This document shows, one piece after another, positions 37,462 through 47,594 of a DNA stretch of 64,000 nt. The DNA is from an uncultured Poribacteria bacterium (GTDB lineage Bacteria > Poribacteria > WGA-4E > WGA-3G). Below the pieces are notes generated by a model. That model saw nothing but the letters and a program-made list of their open reading frames with translations, had not been told where the DNA came from and made no database searches. A program made the position numbers and the translations under genes. The stretch spans positions 1,664,001 through 1,728,000 of the forward strand of contig CATQHZ020000001.1 in NCBI GenBank assembly GCA_958296135.2, in the 5' to 3' direction. Numbering within the stretch: position 1 is the first letter of the stretch; each line of letters begins with the position of its first letter.

Positions 37462-38338
37462 AAGGGGCCTTTTAACTGACGGGCCCTTTTCACCGTAGCG
37501 CGCGGGAAAACCTGTCCGCCGTGTAGGAGAGACCTCCCGGTCTCGATGTTCGGGACTGACGGGCCCTTTTCACCGTCGCGCGAGGTCTTGTGCCTCGCGA
37601 AGCCCTTGACAGCCCGATGCATGGCGCAGCACAGGACCGCGCCCTACGGACTAAGGGGCCTTTTCACCGTAGCGCGCGGGAAAACCTGTCACCCGGTAGG
37701 AGAGACCTCCCGGTCTCGATGTTCGGGACTGACGGGCCCTTTTCACCGTCGCGCGAGGTCTTGTGCCTCGCGAAGCCCTTGACAGCCCGATGCATGGCGC
37801 AGCACAGGACCGCGCCCTACGGACTAAGGGGCCTTTTAACTGACGGGCCCTTTTCACCGTCGCGCGAGGTCTTGTGCCTCGCGAAGCCCTTGACAGCCCG
37901 ATGCATGGCGCAGCACAGGACCGCGCCCTACGGACTAAGGGGCCTTTTAACTGACGGGCCCTTTTCACCGTCGCGCGAGGTCTTGTGCGTCGCGATTCCC
38001 CTTGACAGCCCGATGCATGGCGCGGCACAGGACCGCGCCCTACGGACTAAGGGGCCTTTTAACTGACGGGCCCTTTTCACCGTCGCGCGAGGGCTTGTGC
38101 GTCGCGATCCCCCTTGACAGCCCGATGCATGGCGCAGCACAGGACCGCGCCCTACGGACTAAGGGGCCTTTTCACTGACGGGCCCTTTTCACCGTCGCGC
38201 GAGGGCTTGTGCGTCGCGATCCCCCTTGACAGCCCGATGCATGGCGCAGCACAGGACCGCGCCCTACGGACTAAGGGACCCTTTTCACTGACGGGCCCTT
38301 TTCACCGTCGCGCGAGGGCTTGTGCCTCGCGAAGCCCT
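37462..38338. repeat. Tandem array of REP doublets (111-113-bp units, plus a 173-bp higher-order unit at the left)
   Basis: tgacgggcccttttcaccg recurs at 37477, 37557, 37730, 37841, 37952, 38064, 38176, 38289. Confidence 0.95.
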
Positions 38339-38377
38339 AATTTCATTGGTTGCACTTCCTTTACAAAGATTAGTGAC

Positions 38378-38406
38378 ATTGTACCCGAATCGCACGCAAA
38401 TGTCAA
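38378..38406 (-). promoter_or_regulatory. sigma70-type promoter pointing into the repeat array
   Basis: TTGACA-17-TACAAT on minus strand. Confidence 0.6.
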
Positions 38407-38737
38407 TAAAAAAATAAACCTATTCCCCCGACTAACGTTAAACAAGCAACGAATTCTGCAAGAAAGCCTTACGGAGGAAATAGGCGTATCGGTGAAGGCA
38501 TCTCTGTTGGCATTGCGGCGATTTCGGTGTCGCCGTTGGGCTGGCGACGATAGCTATCGGTGCGGTTCAACTGGAGTTTTGACAATTTAGGCATTGCGGG
38601 CGGATTAATGGAGTGTTCACAGCATATAAACCTATTTCCTCCAATTACGTCTAAAATTACAAAATCTGAACTTTATCTGTCCTTCTTTGTCTAAAGGTTA
38701 ACCGTAAAAATCTAATTTGAGGCTCAGGAGGAAAATA

Positions 38738-40042
38738 ATGCGCATATTGGAGGGGCTATCTGTTGGCATTGCGGCAATCCGCAGCAATAAACTGCGTTCG
38801 CTGCTGACGATGCTTGGGATTATCATCGGTGTTGCCTCAGTGTTGGCGATGATAGCTATCGGCGACGGTGCTAAAGTCATCGTGCTACAAGACGCACAAA
38901 AACTCGGCGGCGTGAACCAATTTACCATGTATCGCAGCAGCCATAAACGCGTGGGCAACCGGTGGGTGCGAAACCGGAGCAACGAATATTTTGAGTATGA
39001 AGACGTTCTCGCTATCGAAGCGGAATGTCCTTCAGTCAAGGTGGTTGTGCCGCGGATACCGGAATGGCGCAACGTGCTGGTGCAGACTGCTGACGGTTCC
39101 GAAACCCGCACCGGCTACAACGGCGTAAACGCCTCATTCTCGGAAGCGATGGAGTGGGAGACTGCGCAGGGCCGTTTTGTTTCCGAGGAAGACATGGATA
39201 ATGAAGCCAAGGTCTGCGTCCTCGGCTCTGAAGTGGCGGCCACGCTGTTCGGCACCGAGTCACCTATCGGCAAAGAGATAAAAATCGGCAGAGGCGCGGG
39301 GGGACGCTTTGACAGATACGGCAGAAAGGATCAGAAGCGGACAACCGAACGGTTTACTGTCGTCGGAACAATGGCATACCGAGGCAGAAGCCTCCGGTTT
39401 GGCTGGAACTTGGATGACATGGTATTCCTCCCGCTCACGACGACACAAGAACGCTTTACAGGCAATGACCGGATTGTGATGCTCTCTGTCCAAGCGCACA
39501 CCGTTGACGATGTGCCGAAGGCGATCGAAGAGGTGAAAGCGGTTGTACGGAAACGGCACCGCAACCAGGACGACTTTTTCAGTCTCTGGGATATGCGGGA
39601 AGGCATGGCGCAGTTGGAAAAAATCAGTAAGGTAATCAAAATCGCATTAGGGAGCATTGCCGGGTTTTCGCTCCTCGTCGGCGGCATCGGCATTATGAAT
39701 ATGATGCTCGTCGCTGTTACCGAACGCACTCGCGAGATTGGCTTGCGGAAGGCACTAGGCGCGAAGCGGATGGATATTATGATGCAATTCTTGATAGAGG
39801 CGGTAGTGCTGTGTAGCATCGGCGGCGCGCTCGGTGTCGCGCTCGGCATCGCGGCCGGCGAAGGCATGGCAATGCTCGCGGTGAACATCGTTCAGATCGT
39901 ACCGGAATGGCCCTCAGTAGTTTCAAAGGAGTGGATTGCGATTGCAGTCTCCTTTTCTGCGGGAATCGGTATCTCCTTCGGGCTCTATCCCGCGATAAAA
40001 GCATCTTCGTTATCACCGATCGAAGCCTTAAGAACGGAGTGA
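38738..40042 (+). CDS. MacB/FtsX-type ABC transporter permease
   Basis: RSLLTMLGIIIGV, VGGIGIMNMMLVAVTERTREIGLRKALGA, PIEALR. Confidence 0.93.
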   Translation: MRILEGLSVGIAAIRSNKLRSLLTMLGIIIGVASVLAMIAIGDGAKVIVLQDAQKLGGVNQFTMYRSSHKRVGNRWVRNRSNEYFEYEDVLAIEAECPSVKVVVPRIPEWRNVLVQTADGSETRTGYNGVNASFSEAMEWETAQGRFVSEEDMDNEAKVCVLGSEVAATLFGTESPIGKEIKIGRGAGGRFDRYGRKDQKRTTERFTVVGTMAYRGRSLRFGWNLDDMVFLPLTTTQERFTGNDRIVMLSVQAHTVDDVPKAIEEVKAVVRKRHRNQDDFFSLWDMREGMAQLEKISKVIKIALGSIAGFSLLVGGIGIMNMMLVAVTERTREIGLRKALGAKRMDIMMQFLIEAVVLCSIGGALGVALGIAAGEGMAMLAVNIVQIVPEWPSVVSKEWIAIAVSFSAGIGISFGLYPAIKASSLSPIEALRTE

Positions 40043-40085
40043 TAACACCCCAGATACCGTAATGGGCACCTTTACACGGTAAGAC

Positions 40086-40161
40086 CGCGAGGGACAGTGG
40101 ACAGCTCTGCAGCGAGGCTGCAGAGATGACAAAATTTCGGCTAACGGCCCTCGCGCTACGG
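40086..40161. repeat. Composite REP plus 50-bp nested hairpin element
   Basis: cgcgagggaca[gtggacagctctgcagcgaggctgcagagatgacaaaatttcggctaac]ggccctcgcgctacgg. Confidence 0.85.
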
Positions 40162-40269
40162 ACGCGGCGGAGCCTAAGGCACGGTTACACCGTAGGACGA
40201 GGGCCTGTCCCTCGTCATGTATTGAAAACTGAGGGAAGTCGTAAGACACAGCAGGAGGAACCTTAACAA

Positions 40270-41583
40270 ATGAACCTGATTGAATGTGTAATTCTCGGCA
40301 TTGCGAGTCTCCGGCGGAACCCGCTCCGTTCCTGCCTCACTATCTTAGGGATTATTGTTGGTGTCGGCTCTGTCGTGAGCATGGTATCTGTCGGCGACGG
40401 TTCAAGCGCAATGGTGCTACGCGAGATTGAGCGGACCGGTGGCACCAAAGTCATTGAAATCGTTCGCGACGAGTGGGACAAGCAGGCCGGTACCCTGAGC
40501 CGTGCCGCGGGGAGAGCCGTGCGGGGGAAAAGTCGATGGAAAAGGAACCGGGCTGAACATTTGGAAACCGACGATGCCCACGCGCTGCTGGATAACGTGC
40601 GCGGCATTGTCAATGTCGTTGCTGAAGACGATATGCCGGGGTGGAGCGTGAACTATGCGGGCCGGAGCAAGGAATCGCGCATCGTCGCCTCAACTGCTGG
40701 CTATGACCGGTCGCACAATTGGTATCCTCAGATGGGACGGTTCTTCACCGAGGAAGAAGTTGAATCCGCCAGTACCGTAGCGGTTATCGGCTCCAAAATT
40801 ATGGAAGAAGTCTTTTTGGGCGAAGACCCGGTAGGACAAGAGATTAAAGCCTCGCGCCCCTCTTATTGGCGCGGCCGCGGCCGCTACGATGTCCGCCTGA
40901 AGGTTATCGGTGTCATGGAGGCGAAAGGCGATGCGATGGATACCGACGGCTGGGATGACCGGTTTATCATTCCGATAACCACCCTGCAGCAGCGGTTTAA
41001 AGGGCGGGAAGATGTTGAACGCCTCCGCGTGGAGGCAGTGGATGTTGACACGATTCCACTCGCCATCGCGGATTCCAAGCGAGTTCTTGGAAGGCAACAC
41101 AACAACACAGGTGAAGAATATAACTATTGGACAGCCACAGAGGAGCTCGCAACCGCCAGGAAGGTGGGGACTGTCATGAAACTGCTGATGGGCGGTATCG
41201 CGGGCATCGCGTTACTCGTCGCGGGTATCGGCGTGATGAACATCATGCTTGTCTCTGTCACCGATCGGACGAAGGAGATAGGCTTGCGTAAAGCACTCGG
41301 TGCCACGCGTAACGACATCTTAGCGCAATTCCTGATCGAGGCATCTGTGCTCACGCTCACCGGCGGTATCCTCGGCGCAATCGCCGGTATCTTTATGGGG
41401 CAAGGGACAGCCGCCCTCATCTCCAAATTCGTGTGGGAAGGGAGCGATTGGCCCTCTGTCTTTTCTTATGGAACGATGCTCATCGCGCTGCTCGTTTCAG
41501 TCGCCATCGGTGTTTTCTTCGGGCTTTACCCGGCCAACAAGGCGGCGAAACTCACGCCGGTCGAGGCACTTCGTTCCGAGTAA
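40270..41583 (+). CDS. MacB/FtsX-type ABC transporter permease
   Basis: RSCLTILGIIVGV, GIGVMNIMLVSVTDRTKEIGLRKALGA. Confidence 0.93.
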   Translation: MNLIECVILGIASLRRNPLRSCLTILGIIVGVGSVVSMVSVGDGSSAMVLREIERTGGTKVIEIVRDEWDKQAGTLSRAAGRAVRGKSRWKRNRAEHLETDDAHALLDNVRGIVNVVAEDDMPGWSVNYAGRSKESRIVASTAGYDRSHNWYPQMGRFFTEEEVESASTVAVIGSKIMEEVFLGEDPVGQEIKASRPSYWRGRGRYDVRLKVIGVMEAKGDAMDTDGWDDRFIIPITTLQQRFKGREDVERLRVEAVDVDTIPLAIADSKRVLGRQHNNTGEEYNYWTATEELATARKVGTVMKLLMGGIAGIALLVAGIGVMNIMLVSVTDRTKEIGLRKALGATRNDILAQFLIEASVLTLTGGILGAIAGIFMGQGTAALISKFVWEGSDWPSVFSYGTMLIALLVSVAIGVFFGLYPANKAAKLTPVEALRSE

Positions 41584-41650
41584 TCGCAAACTAAGGGGAG
41601 GTGCCGCCTATCACAGGCACCTCCCAAAACACACATAGGAGAAATGAACC

Positions 41651-43534
41651 GTGAAAAAAGTTATTCTTAGCGTCGCTGTCCTCTTAGTGCTCGTCGTTGC
41701 AATCGGTTGGGCGGTACTTGGACGGGGGAAAAACGGCGCAGACCCGGCCCTTGAGAAAAGGATTGAGGTTGTTGAACGCGGCGACTTCCAAATGCGCATC
41801 AGCGCAACAGGAAACTTGGAACCTCTCCTCGACGTGGAAGTGAAAGCCCAAGTTGAAGGCGAGGTAGTCAACCTCTATGTTAACGATGGCGACTACGTGG
41901 AGCAAGACCAGGTGCTAGTTGAACTCAACCCGGAACTCTATGAAGAGGACAAGAAACAGGCACAAGCCGATGTCGCCGCCGCCGAAGCACAACTCACGCA
42001 AGCAAAATTGAACATCGAACTCAGAAAGGAGCAGCTTGAAAGCGAATTGACGCAGGCGGAAGCCTCTGTCAAAATGGCGCAAGCGAACCTAGAGACAACA
42101 CAGGCTACCACGATAACGCAAATTAGCCAAGCGCAGACAAATATTCAGACGACTAAAAACGCGCTCTCGCAGGATAATATCGCGCTGGAGCAGGCACGTA
42201 TTGCCGCCGAACAAGCGAAACTCACCCTCGCGGAGCAAGAATCCTTGCTGCAATCCGCCGAGATATCGTTGAACGGGAAAAAATCCGAACTGGAACGCAA
42301 CAGGGCACTCTTTGAAAAGAACCTCGTCTCCAAAAAGGCGTTGGAAGATGCAGAATCGCAGCACGCCAACGCGGTAACGCAATTTGACAACGCCAAAAAA
42401 CGGGTTGAATCCCAAAAGAAGAGTGTCGATTCGCAGAATCGAACCATCACGGCTCGCCAAGCCGCCATTAAGACGCGGCAGGCAACGCTGGAACAGGAGA
42501 AGTTAAACCTCGATAATCTGCAAAAAATGCGCGAAAAATCGGAGGAAGAGGTGCAACTTCAACTGGAAAATGCACAAACCCGCTTGCAAGAACAGACGAT
42601 GACTATCAACAACGAGAAATTGCTCACCCAGCAATCTAAAGTCAGCGCGGATGCTAACCTGCTTCGCCGCCAAAGCAGTCTGAAAAATCAGAATGAACGG
42701 CTCGGGTGGACGACTATTAAGGCACCTATGGCAGGCACCGTCACGCTTCTCGCCATCGAAGAAGGCGAAATTGTGACTTCCGGCCGTTCCGCTTTCTCGC
42801 AAAGCCCACCGCTTATGACGATTGCCGATCTCTCCAAAATGGTAGTCAAAACCTATATCAACGAGGTGGATATGGAACGCCTGAGCGAGAATCAGCGGGC
42901 AGAGATTAAGGTGGATGCCTACCAAGAAAAGAAGTATGAGGGACGTGTCTATGAAATCTCGCCGAGTGGACAGGAGCAGGACAATATCATCTCTTTTGAG
43001 GTAATGATAGAGGTAGTAGGTTCGCCCTCGGAACTGCGTCCAGGGATGAGTGCCGATGTTGACATCATTACCTACGAGGAGAAGAATGTGTTGTTGCTCC
43101 CGCTTGATGCGCTGATGAAACAGCCCTCGGCGACGCTCACTGCACAAGTTGACGATACGTCACCCTACAAGGCAGGACAGCCGATCGAGGTGCAGACTAT
43201 CAGCGAGAAAATCTTCCGGGGCACCGTCGCGAACGTCGGTGCAGGCGCGGTTACGATTAGTCTGGATAGTTCTCAGCGCGGCCTCCGCCCCGGCCCGACG
43301 ACGCTCTCATTGCTCGTCAAAGGGCAAAAGAAAGCGGACGGGGTGCGCGCGGATATCAAGATTTCAAAAGGGAAATCGGTTATGTTAGACAGCGGCGGTG
43401 GCCCTGGCACAAGCACACCTGTGGACGTTGGCATGCAAAACGAAACACACGTGATTGTCAAAAGCGGAGTCTCCGCCGGCGACCGGGTTGTCTTACAACA
43501 GCGAAAGCCGCAGCCGGGTGGTTGGGGAAGATAG
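41651..43534 (+). CDS. Periplasmic adaptor/membrane fusion protein (MacA/HlyD-like) with long coiled coil
   Basis: N-terminal anchor, ISATGNLEP..VEVKAQVEG, IKAPMAGTV, LRPGMSADV. Confidence 0.9.
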   Translation: MKKVILSVAVLLVLVVAIGWAVLGRGKNGADPALEKRIEVVERGDFQMRISATGNLEPLLDVEVKAQVEGEVVNLYVNDGDYVEQDQVLVELNPELYEEDKKQAQADVAAAEAQLTQAKLNIELRKEQLESELTQAEASVKMAQANLETTQATTITQISQAQTNIQTTKNALSQDNIALEQARIAAEQAKLTLAEQESLLQSAEISLNGKKSELERNRALFEKNLVSKKALEDAESQHANAVTQFDNAKKRVESQKKSVDSQNRTITARQAAIKTRQATLEQEKLNLDNLQKMREKSEEEVQLQLENAQTRLQEQTMTINNEKLLTQQSKVSADANLLRRQSSLKNQNERLGWTTIKAPMAGTVTLLAIEEGEIVTSGRSAFSQSPPLMTIADLSKMVVKTYINEVDMERLSENQRAEIKVDAYQEKKYEGRVYEISPSGQEQDNIISFEVMIEVVGSPSELRPGMSADVDIITYEEKNVLLLPLDALMKQPSATLTAQVDDTSPYKAGQPIEVQTISEKIFRGTVANVGAGAVTISLDSSQRGLRPGPTTLSLLVKGQKKADGVRADIKISKGKSVMLDSGGGPGTSTPVDVGMQNETHVIVKSGVSAGDRVVLQQRKPQPGGWGR

Positions 43535-43622
43535 GCTGAGTCTCCAAAAAACGTAAGGACAGATTTCCGTATCCGACTATCGCCCGATTGCAAGGGCGGA
43601 GAGAGACATCCGCCCTTACAAT

Positions 43623-44417
43623 TTACAGCCAAAGCACTTGTCCATCATACGCGAGGGCGGCATTATCGGGCAACTCGATTTGCTGCTCCGCGCACTGCTC
43701 TGGGAAATACCGCTGATCGAGCCGATGCATGATATGCGTAAAATAGGTGGCCTTCGGCTGCAGTGCCTCGCTAATTTCCAGAGCCTGTCCTACCGACAGA
43801 TGCGTGGGATGCCTCGGATTGAAACTCAGCGCGTCGATAACCAGCAACTCAATTCCCGCCAGCAGTGCCTGCGAAGCCTCTGGCAACCGCTTGACATCCG
43901 GCAGGTATCCAAAGTCATCTATGCGGTAGCCATACGTCTCCATGTTGCCGTGTTCAACCGGAATCGGCGTGATGTCAAAACCGAGCAGCTCAAACCGCTT
44001 GTCAATGACATTCGGCAGGAGATGCCCCACCCCACCGCCTTGGAACGTCTCTTTGGTGAACATATAGTCAAAGTTCCGTTGCAAGGTGCGGATAGTCTGC
44101 GCCGGTCCGTAGATAGGCATGTCCATCTGCTGTTTGCGGCACGGCATCACGATGTCGTTGGTGCCGCTGACGTGGTCCGCGTGGCAATGCGTGAAGATAA
44201 CCGCGTCTATCCACGCAATCCGGTTCCGGTCAATCTGATCCATGAAGTTCGGCCCGAGGTCAAACTGCAGATTTTTTCCATCCTTTTCAATATGGATGGA
44301 CGAACGGGTGCGATAGTTTTTAGAGCCGAACTGCCTTGCATCTTGGCAGGTTTCGCAGTCACATTTATACTCCGGTACACCGGTTGAGGTGCCTGAACCC
44401 AAAATCGTAATTTTCAT
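43623..44417 (-). CDS. MBL-fold metallo-hydrolase (PhnP-like phosphodiesterase)
   Basis: LGSGTSTGVP..C.C..C, THCHADHVSG, HPTHL, THIMH. Confidence 0.88.
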   Translation of the reverse strand: MKITILGSGTSTGVPEYKCDCETCQDARQFGSKNYRTRSSIHIEKDGKNLQFDLGPNFMDQIDRNRIAWIDAVIFTHCHADHVSGTNDIVMPCRKQQMDMPIYGPAQTIRTLQRNFDYMFTKETFQGGGVGHLLPNVIDKRFELLGFDITPIPVEHGNMETYGYRIDDFGYLPDVKRLPEASQALLAGIELLVIDALSFNPRHPTHLSVGQALEISEALQPKATYFTHIMHRLDQRYFPEQCAEQQIELPDNAALAYDGQVLWL

Positions 44418-44484
44418 TTGATCCTTTCATTTTGCCGAATTGTAAGGGTGGATTTCTCTATCCACCTGTCCGCACAAAAAGACT

Positions 44485-45252
44485 ATGCCAAAATTAACAC
44501 ACCCAGAATGCCTTGCACTCGCGAAGCACCTCGGTGATACTCCGATGACAGTCATTGCTGCGGCACGCTTGCAACAAGGAATGTGTCGCGCGTTCGTTTC
44601 AAAAGCAGGCGAAGCCGCGCCGCCCGCCGCCCTTGTCTTTGACGCGTTCTGTCCGGAGGAGCCCAGCGGTTTCGGGACAGATGCGGACATGCTGTGGGCG
44701 TTGCTCAAACCGCATCACGGATGGAGTTGTGTCAACGTTAACGCCGAGTGTGCCGAACCCCTCGGTCGCCTTATGGCGGCGGAAACAGGACAATCTGTCC
44801 GCTACTACGGCGATATCTATCATGCGCTCTTGGCACCTGTCCGCGCGCATTCCAACGAAGCGGTTCGCCTTTTAACAGCGGCGGATGGGGCACTACTCGC
44901 CAATGCCCCAGAAGAAGTGCAAGGCAGCGGTTACAAAACGCCCCATGAGATGGTTACAGCAGGCATCGCTGCCGCCGCCATCGTTGCGGGGAAAATCGTC
45001 GCGATTGCGCATGTCTATGCGGATACGCATTTGCATGCCGACATCGGCGTTTCCACGTTGGAGGCGTGGCGCGGAAAGGGATTTGCTACCGCCGCTGCAT
45101 CCCTCGTCGCGGAACAGATCCAAGCGCGTGGCAAAGTCCCTGCTTGGAGTTGCGGTGAGGATAACGCTGCCTCACTGCGGGTGGCACAAAAACTGGGCTT
45201 CACAGAAGTCGCTCGGCGGACTTACGTTATCCCAACTGCCGCTGTCTCGTAA
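44485..45252 (+). CDS. GNAT acetyltransferase
   Basis: IGVSTLEAWRGKGFATAAA, NAASLRVAQKLGF. Confidence 0.85.
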   Translation: MPKLTHPECLALAKHLGDTPMTVIAAARLQQGMCRAFVSKAGEAAPPAALVFDAFCPEEPSGFGTDADMLWALLKPHHGWSCVNVNAECAEPLGRLMAAETGQSVRYYGDIYHALLAPVRAHSNEAVRLLTAADGALLANAPEEVQGSGYKTPHEMVTAGIAAAAIVAGKIVAIAHVYADTHLHADIGVSTLEAWRGKGFATAAASLVAEQIQARGKVPAWSCGEDNAASLRVAQKLGFTEVARRTYVIPTAAVS

Positions 45253-45301
45253 GGCCGGATGTCCATAGCTGTCCGTGCCTACCCTGACGATGAAGATCTG
45301 G

Positions 45302-46561
45302 CTAACCGAACGCATCGTCAACCTTATTAATCGCCGCCGCCATCAGCCGCGCGTGTTCCTCCTGCATATTAACGTTGAACCCAAACCGTAGGGCGCGGCC
45401 GAGGATGGACAGCGTTTCCGGGCACATATCCCGCGCATACGTCACATCGCCTTTATAGTTTGGATTGTTCCACGGGTAGCCCGATGGGTGCGGCGAATGT
45501 TTGAACAAGATGGAATCCCAGTAGGCATAAATATGCCGGTCGGGAAAACCAGCGTTGTAGGCGGTTCCGGCGTTCAGTCCTTCTGCCTTGAGTGCCTCGG
45601 TATACTTTCGTGCGAGTTCCTTATCGCGCACAATAATTGCGGCACTGATGCCGCATTCGCCGCTCGGGTCATCGACGTGTTGCCGGCTGTAACCCTTCGG
45701 TGCCTCGGCGAGTTCGGCGAGAAACGCCTTCTTGAGCCGCCGCGTATGCCCCAGGATGTCTCCCAGTTTTGACAACTGCACGCGCGCGAGTGCCCCCGAG
45801 ATCTCGCTTGGACGGTAGCACTGGCACGAGAACGGTTTGTTCTGCCATTCGGCATCGCTCATCCACATCGGCAGGCCGGGCTCCGCGGCGAACGCTGCGC
45901 GTTCATAGACATCGTAATCGTCGCTGAAAACGAGGCCGCCTTCCCCACACGAGATAACCTTGTAGTAGTTGAGGCTCCACGCGCCGGCATCGCCCCAGGT
46001 GCCGGTGAGCTTCCCTTTATATTCTCCGCCGACGCACTGGCAGCAATCCTCTACAACCTTAAGGTTATGTCGCCGTGCGAGTGCTACGATTGCCTCAAGC
46101 CGGCACGGCACCCCTTGCATGTGCACCGGGAGAATCGCCTTCGTCTGCGGCGTGATTTTCCGTTCGACATCCCCCGGGTCTAAGCCAAGCGAATCGTCAA
46201 TCTCGGCGATTACCGGAATCGCGCCTACCCCGACGATGGCGGCCGCTGTCGCGATGAAAGTATAGCCCGGTAAAATGACTTCATCGCCGGGGCCCACGCC
46301 AATGCCGGTGAGGGCACAAATAATCGCGGATGTGCCTGAATTTACCATCAAGGCGTGCTTAACGCCGAGCCGTGCGGCTGCTTCTGTCTCAAACCCTGCT
46401 ACCTGCGAATTCTCGACGAACCGGAAAAGTTGCCCGCTCCGTAAGACTTCAGTAACTGCATTGATTTCTCGTTCGTCAATAACACTAGGACCGTGCATTC
46501 CGCCCGGAATCGGGTCGGTGATAACGGGTATTCCTCCATCTATGGCTAAACGCGCTGGCAT
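45302..46561 (-). CDS. DegT/DnrJ/EryC1/StrS PLP-dependent aminotransferase
   Basis: VNSGTSA, TFIATA, PVHMQG, VEDCCQ, SLNYYKVISCGEGG. Confidence 0.92.
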   Translation of the reverse strand: MPARLAIDGGIPVITDPIPGGMHGPSVIDEREINAVTEVLRSGQLFRFVENSQVAGFETEAAARLGVKHALMVNSGTSAIICALTGIGVGPGDEVILPGYTFIATAAAIVGVGAIPVIAEIDDSLGLDPGDVERKITPQTKAILPVHMQGVPCRLEAIVALARRHNLKVVEDCCQCVGGEYKGKLTGTWGDAGAWSLNYYKVISCGEGGLVFSDDYDVYERAAFAAEPGLPMWMSDAEWQNKPFSCQCYRPSEISGALARVQLSKLGDILGHTRRLKKAFLAELAEAPKGYSRQHVDDPSGECGISAAIIVRDKELARKYTEALKAEGLNAGTAYNAGFPDRHIYAYWDSILFKHSPHPSGYPWNNPNYKGDVTYARDMCPETLSILGRALRFGFNVNMQEEHARLMAAAINKVDDAFG

Positions 46562-46593
46562 TTTTAGTCCCTCCACAAGTTTTTTGTCGCTAT

Positions 46594-46622
46594 ATCTTAT
46601 CAGAGCTGTGGGGTTTTGTCAA
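46594..46622 (-). promoter_or_regulatory. sigma70-type promoter
   Basis: TTGACA-17-TAAGAT. Confidence 0.6.
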
Positions 46623-46645
46623 TAGATATTTTCAAAACTCTCGCT

Positions 46646-46723
46646 CGTAGCGCGGGGGCCGTTACGCCGAAACTTTGTCATCTCTGCAGCCTCGCTGCAG
46701 AGATGTCCACTGTCCCCCCGCGA
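46646..46723. repeat. Composite REP plus 50-bp nested hairpin element
   Basis: cgtagcgcgggggcc[gttacg...gatgtccac, 46661-46710]tgtccccccgcga. Confidence 0.85.
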
Positions 46724-46841
46724 GCTCCCGACGCAACGAAAAACGGCCGCAGCCGTTTTCTGATATGAGCGACGCATGGCGAGGCACAAGACCGCGCCCT
46801 ACGGTTCGCTGGCGATACCTTCTGATTCTTTTTAGAAAAAT

Positions 46842-46870
46842 TTGACAATTATGTTGCATCATGATATAAT
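46842..46870 (+). promoter_or_regulatory. Perfect-consensus sigma70 promoter
   Basis: TTGACA-17-TATAAT with TG extension. Confidence 0.85.
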
Positions 46871-46930
46871 AGAGATAAAATTTGATAAAACCGGGCGGAG
46901 AACTTTGCCCGGACGAAGAAACGAGGAAAC

Positions 46931-47473
46931 ATGTCAAGACAAGATCTGGTCAAACTCACCTTGGGGCAAATTGTTCTCGGAGGTGTCGTTGGCCTAGTCG
47001 GCGGCGGGGTGTGCCTGCTGCTTTTTGAAGGCGTGATTTGGGGGCTGCTTATCGGCGCACGAGTGACGCACGGGTTTTGGGTAGGCTTGCTGCTGTTCAT
47101 CTCGTTAGGTATTACTTACAGCGTAATGATAGGGGGAGCGAGCGAAGGGGTGCGCTTTGTCAGCAGGAAATTCGGCACCGAGCTTCCGTTTAAACCGGTG
47201 TTTTCCGGCGCGCTTTTAGGGCCGCCTGCGATAGTCGGTTTGCTGGCACTGCTGGATGTCCCGTGGGAAATTTTCGGTGCGCCCAACGTGCTTCTCGCGT
47301 TGATTCTTCCCGTGCTGAAGGCCGCGGCGTATATCGTCTCCTTACCGATGCGTGGCTGGGTAACTCTTGGATTACCAGTGGAAGTCTGCTATGTGCTCGC
47401 CGTGCCGATCAGCGCGATACTCGGCTACAGATTACCAACGGCAAAACGTGAGACGCGCGCCGAGTCGACGTAA
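46931..47473 (+). CDS. Hypothetical integral membrane protein
   Basis: GAGG RBS, 4-5 hydrophobic segments. Confidence 0.75.
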   Translation: MSRQDLVKLTLGQIVLGGVVGLVGGGVCLLLFEGVIWGLLIGARVTHGFWVGLLLFISLGITYSVMIGGASEGVRFVSRKFGTELPFKPVFSGALLGPPAIVGLLALLDVPWEIFGAPNVLLALILPVLKAAAYIVSLPMRGWVTLGLPVEVCYVLAVPISAILGYRLPTAKRETRAEST

Positions 47474-47594
47474 ACGGGCACCTATCATGCAAGTGCGCCG
47501 GATCCTGCCCGTTTGTAGTCCGGCGAACTCATCACAAACTACAGAAATCGGATAACTCAATGGTTCTGCGTAAATAGGCTTATCAACACAAATT

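Noticed and set aside
37462-38338. CRISPR array
   Set aside because: Sequences between repeats are themselves near-identical, with no unique spacers and no cas genes
37546-38590. Repetitive ORFs of 78-158 aa
   Set aside because: Arise from the 111-bp repeat period; no RBS or protein-like features
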